This document shows, piece by piece, positions 62,990-64,000 of a stretch of DNA of 64,000 bases. A program made the position numbers and the translations under genes. Numbering within the stretch: the first letter of the stretch is position 1; each line of letters begins with the position of its first letter. Location of the stretch: the IMG/VR virus record IMGVR_UViG_3300042558_005120, positions 45,207-109,206 of that record; one strand, 5' to 3'. The notes beneath the pieces are model-generated. The model was not told the DNA's origin. It saw nothing but the letters and a program-made list of their open reading frames with translations, and made no database searches. This stretch comes from a virus.

Positions 62990-64000
62990 ACGCCTCAATA
63001 AAATCTTCTTTTTTCGTGGTTTTTTTGTTACCATTGCTGTCAGTAATCTCTAATTCCACTGTATATTTTCCAGTTGCTGAAAAGGTCCATAAAATACTCG
63101 AATCTGTTATTTCAACTAAGACTCGTTCACTGTTTCGAATTCTCCAAAAATAACTTGTTTTCCCGGCGATTTTACTGGCATCTGCACTTAATAAAACAAC
63201 ACTTCCGGTTGGTATTCTTGCAGGGTCAATTCCAATATTTGTATCTTCCCAGCGCATTGCTCCACCAATTCCGCTTTCGTACGGCAATCTATTTGCATCT
63301 ATTTCTGCTTCATCTACATTATCAAAAACAGGTGGTGTAGGTAAAGTTGGATTTGGTAGCCATTGATATAATGCTGGAATCTGTGCAGCGGGATACCAAC
63401 CACCAGGTAAACTTAATGGGTTGATACCGTTGTATTGATAGATTTGATAAAAGCGATTCCAAAGTAAATAATCAGGTAATCCATTAAGAAACCCTCCTAC
63501 TTTTTCAATTCCATACCCAAACATATTTGCAGTATTTTTGAGAGGATATGTATGTCCAATTCCTGAACTAATAGGATGCAATGGATCTTTAAATTCAACA
63601 TTATTTTGTCCTAATAGCCAGCCTAAATGGTCAACACTTGGAGTTTTTGCCCAAGCATTTATTGCAAATGTTCCACCGTTCGCCATCCAGAAACTTGGAA
63701 TTAAATTATCTTGACTCCACCACTCTACGCTGAACGTTGTATTATTTGCTGTTGCTGTGGATGCAATTGAAATTTTTATTTGTCGGATATGTCCGCCAGA
63801 CTCAAAAATCTCCAAAACAGTTGCAGGTGTTGCTGGGGAAACAGGTAAACCGTTTCCTGTAAGAATTTCACCGACATACAAATCTTTTGTTAACAGACCT
63901 TGAATATTTTTAATATAGATACTTCCAGTTTGAATATCGCCTGTAAACGTTAATTTTTTTGGCAACGGATTATCCATTGTAATAATCGGTAATGCTACGG
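62982..64000 (-). CDS. C-terminal part of a structural protein with a terminal PKD-like domain (5' end beyond the window)
   Basis: Frame stays open from 63977 to the window edge; ends WTFSATGKYTVELEITDSNGN...K.DFI. Confidence 0.7.
   Translation of the reverse strand, partial: VALPIITMDNPLPKKLTFTGDIQTGSIYIKNIQGLLTKDLYVGEILTGNGLPVSPATPATVLEIFESGGHIRQIKISIASTATANNTTFSVEWWSQDNLIPSFWMANGGTFAINAWAKTPSVDHLGWLLGQNNVEFKDPLHPISSGIGHTYPLKNTANMFGYGIEKVGGFLNGLPDYLLWNRFYQIYQYNGINPLSLPGGWYPAAQIPALYQWLPNPTLPTPPVFDNVDEAEIDANRLPYESGIGGAMRWEDTNIGIDPARIPTGSVVLLSADASKIAGKTSYFWRIRNSERVLVEITDSSILWTFSATGKYTVELEITDSNGNKKTTKKEDFIEAYE

Noticed and set aside
849-63340. Many + strand and nested - strand ORFs of 60-194 aa in the track (e.g. 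4077-4544, 9308-9892, 14231-14644, 31140-31562)
   Set aside because: They are antisense or out-of-frame shadows of well-supported genes and show no motifs.
1-64000. Stop-codon reassignment, as in some large phages
   Set aside because: Genes up to 2487 aa are intact in the standard code, and TAG (38379, 10709) and TGA end genes at sensible boundaries.

Overview
AT-rich, gene-dense segment of a large T4-related (jumbo/myovirus-like) phage genome in the standard genetic code, with almost all genes on the - strand. The host is probably Bacteroidota (inference from A-rich SD-less starts, NrdAB type, a lipoprotein with D-S-A/T sequons, and endolysin/spanin-like types). It holds a replication and nucleotide set: topoisomerase II N-terminus, nrdA/nrdB, only the N-terminal half of a split family-B DNA polymerase, UvsW, a PD-(D/E)XK exonuclease, UvsY-like, gp61-like primase, gp32-like SSB, RuvC-like, NEIL1-like glycosylase, 3'-5' exonuclease, dimeric dUTPase/dCTPase and PhoH. 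It also holds scattered lysis genes and about 23 kb of very large tail/baseplate genes. The standout feature is about 24 otherwise unrelated ORFs or modules, in two arrays (about 8-22 kb and 52-56 kb), that share an N-terminal leader with consensus MKHIKTFESFLNE. This resembles the T4 internal-protein capsid-targeting sequence ending in a prohead-protease site, suggesting a large, shufflable payload of head-packaged and possibly injected enzymes. Two recurrent promoter-like motifs separate replication genes (AAAACT-N17-TATAAA) from virion genes (TGATATATA). All family assignments are by-eye motif recognition; no searches were run.
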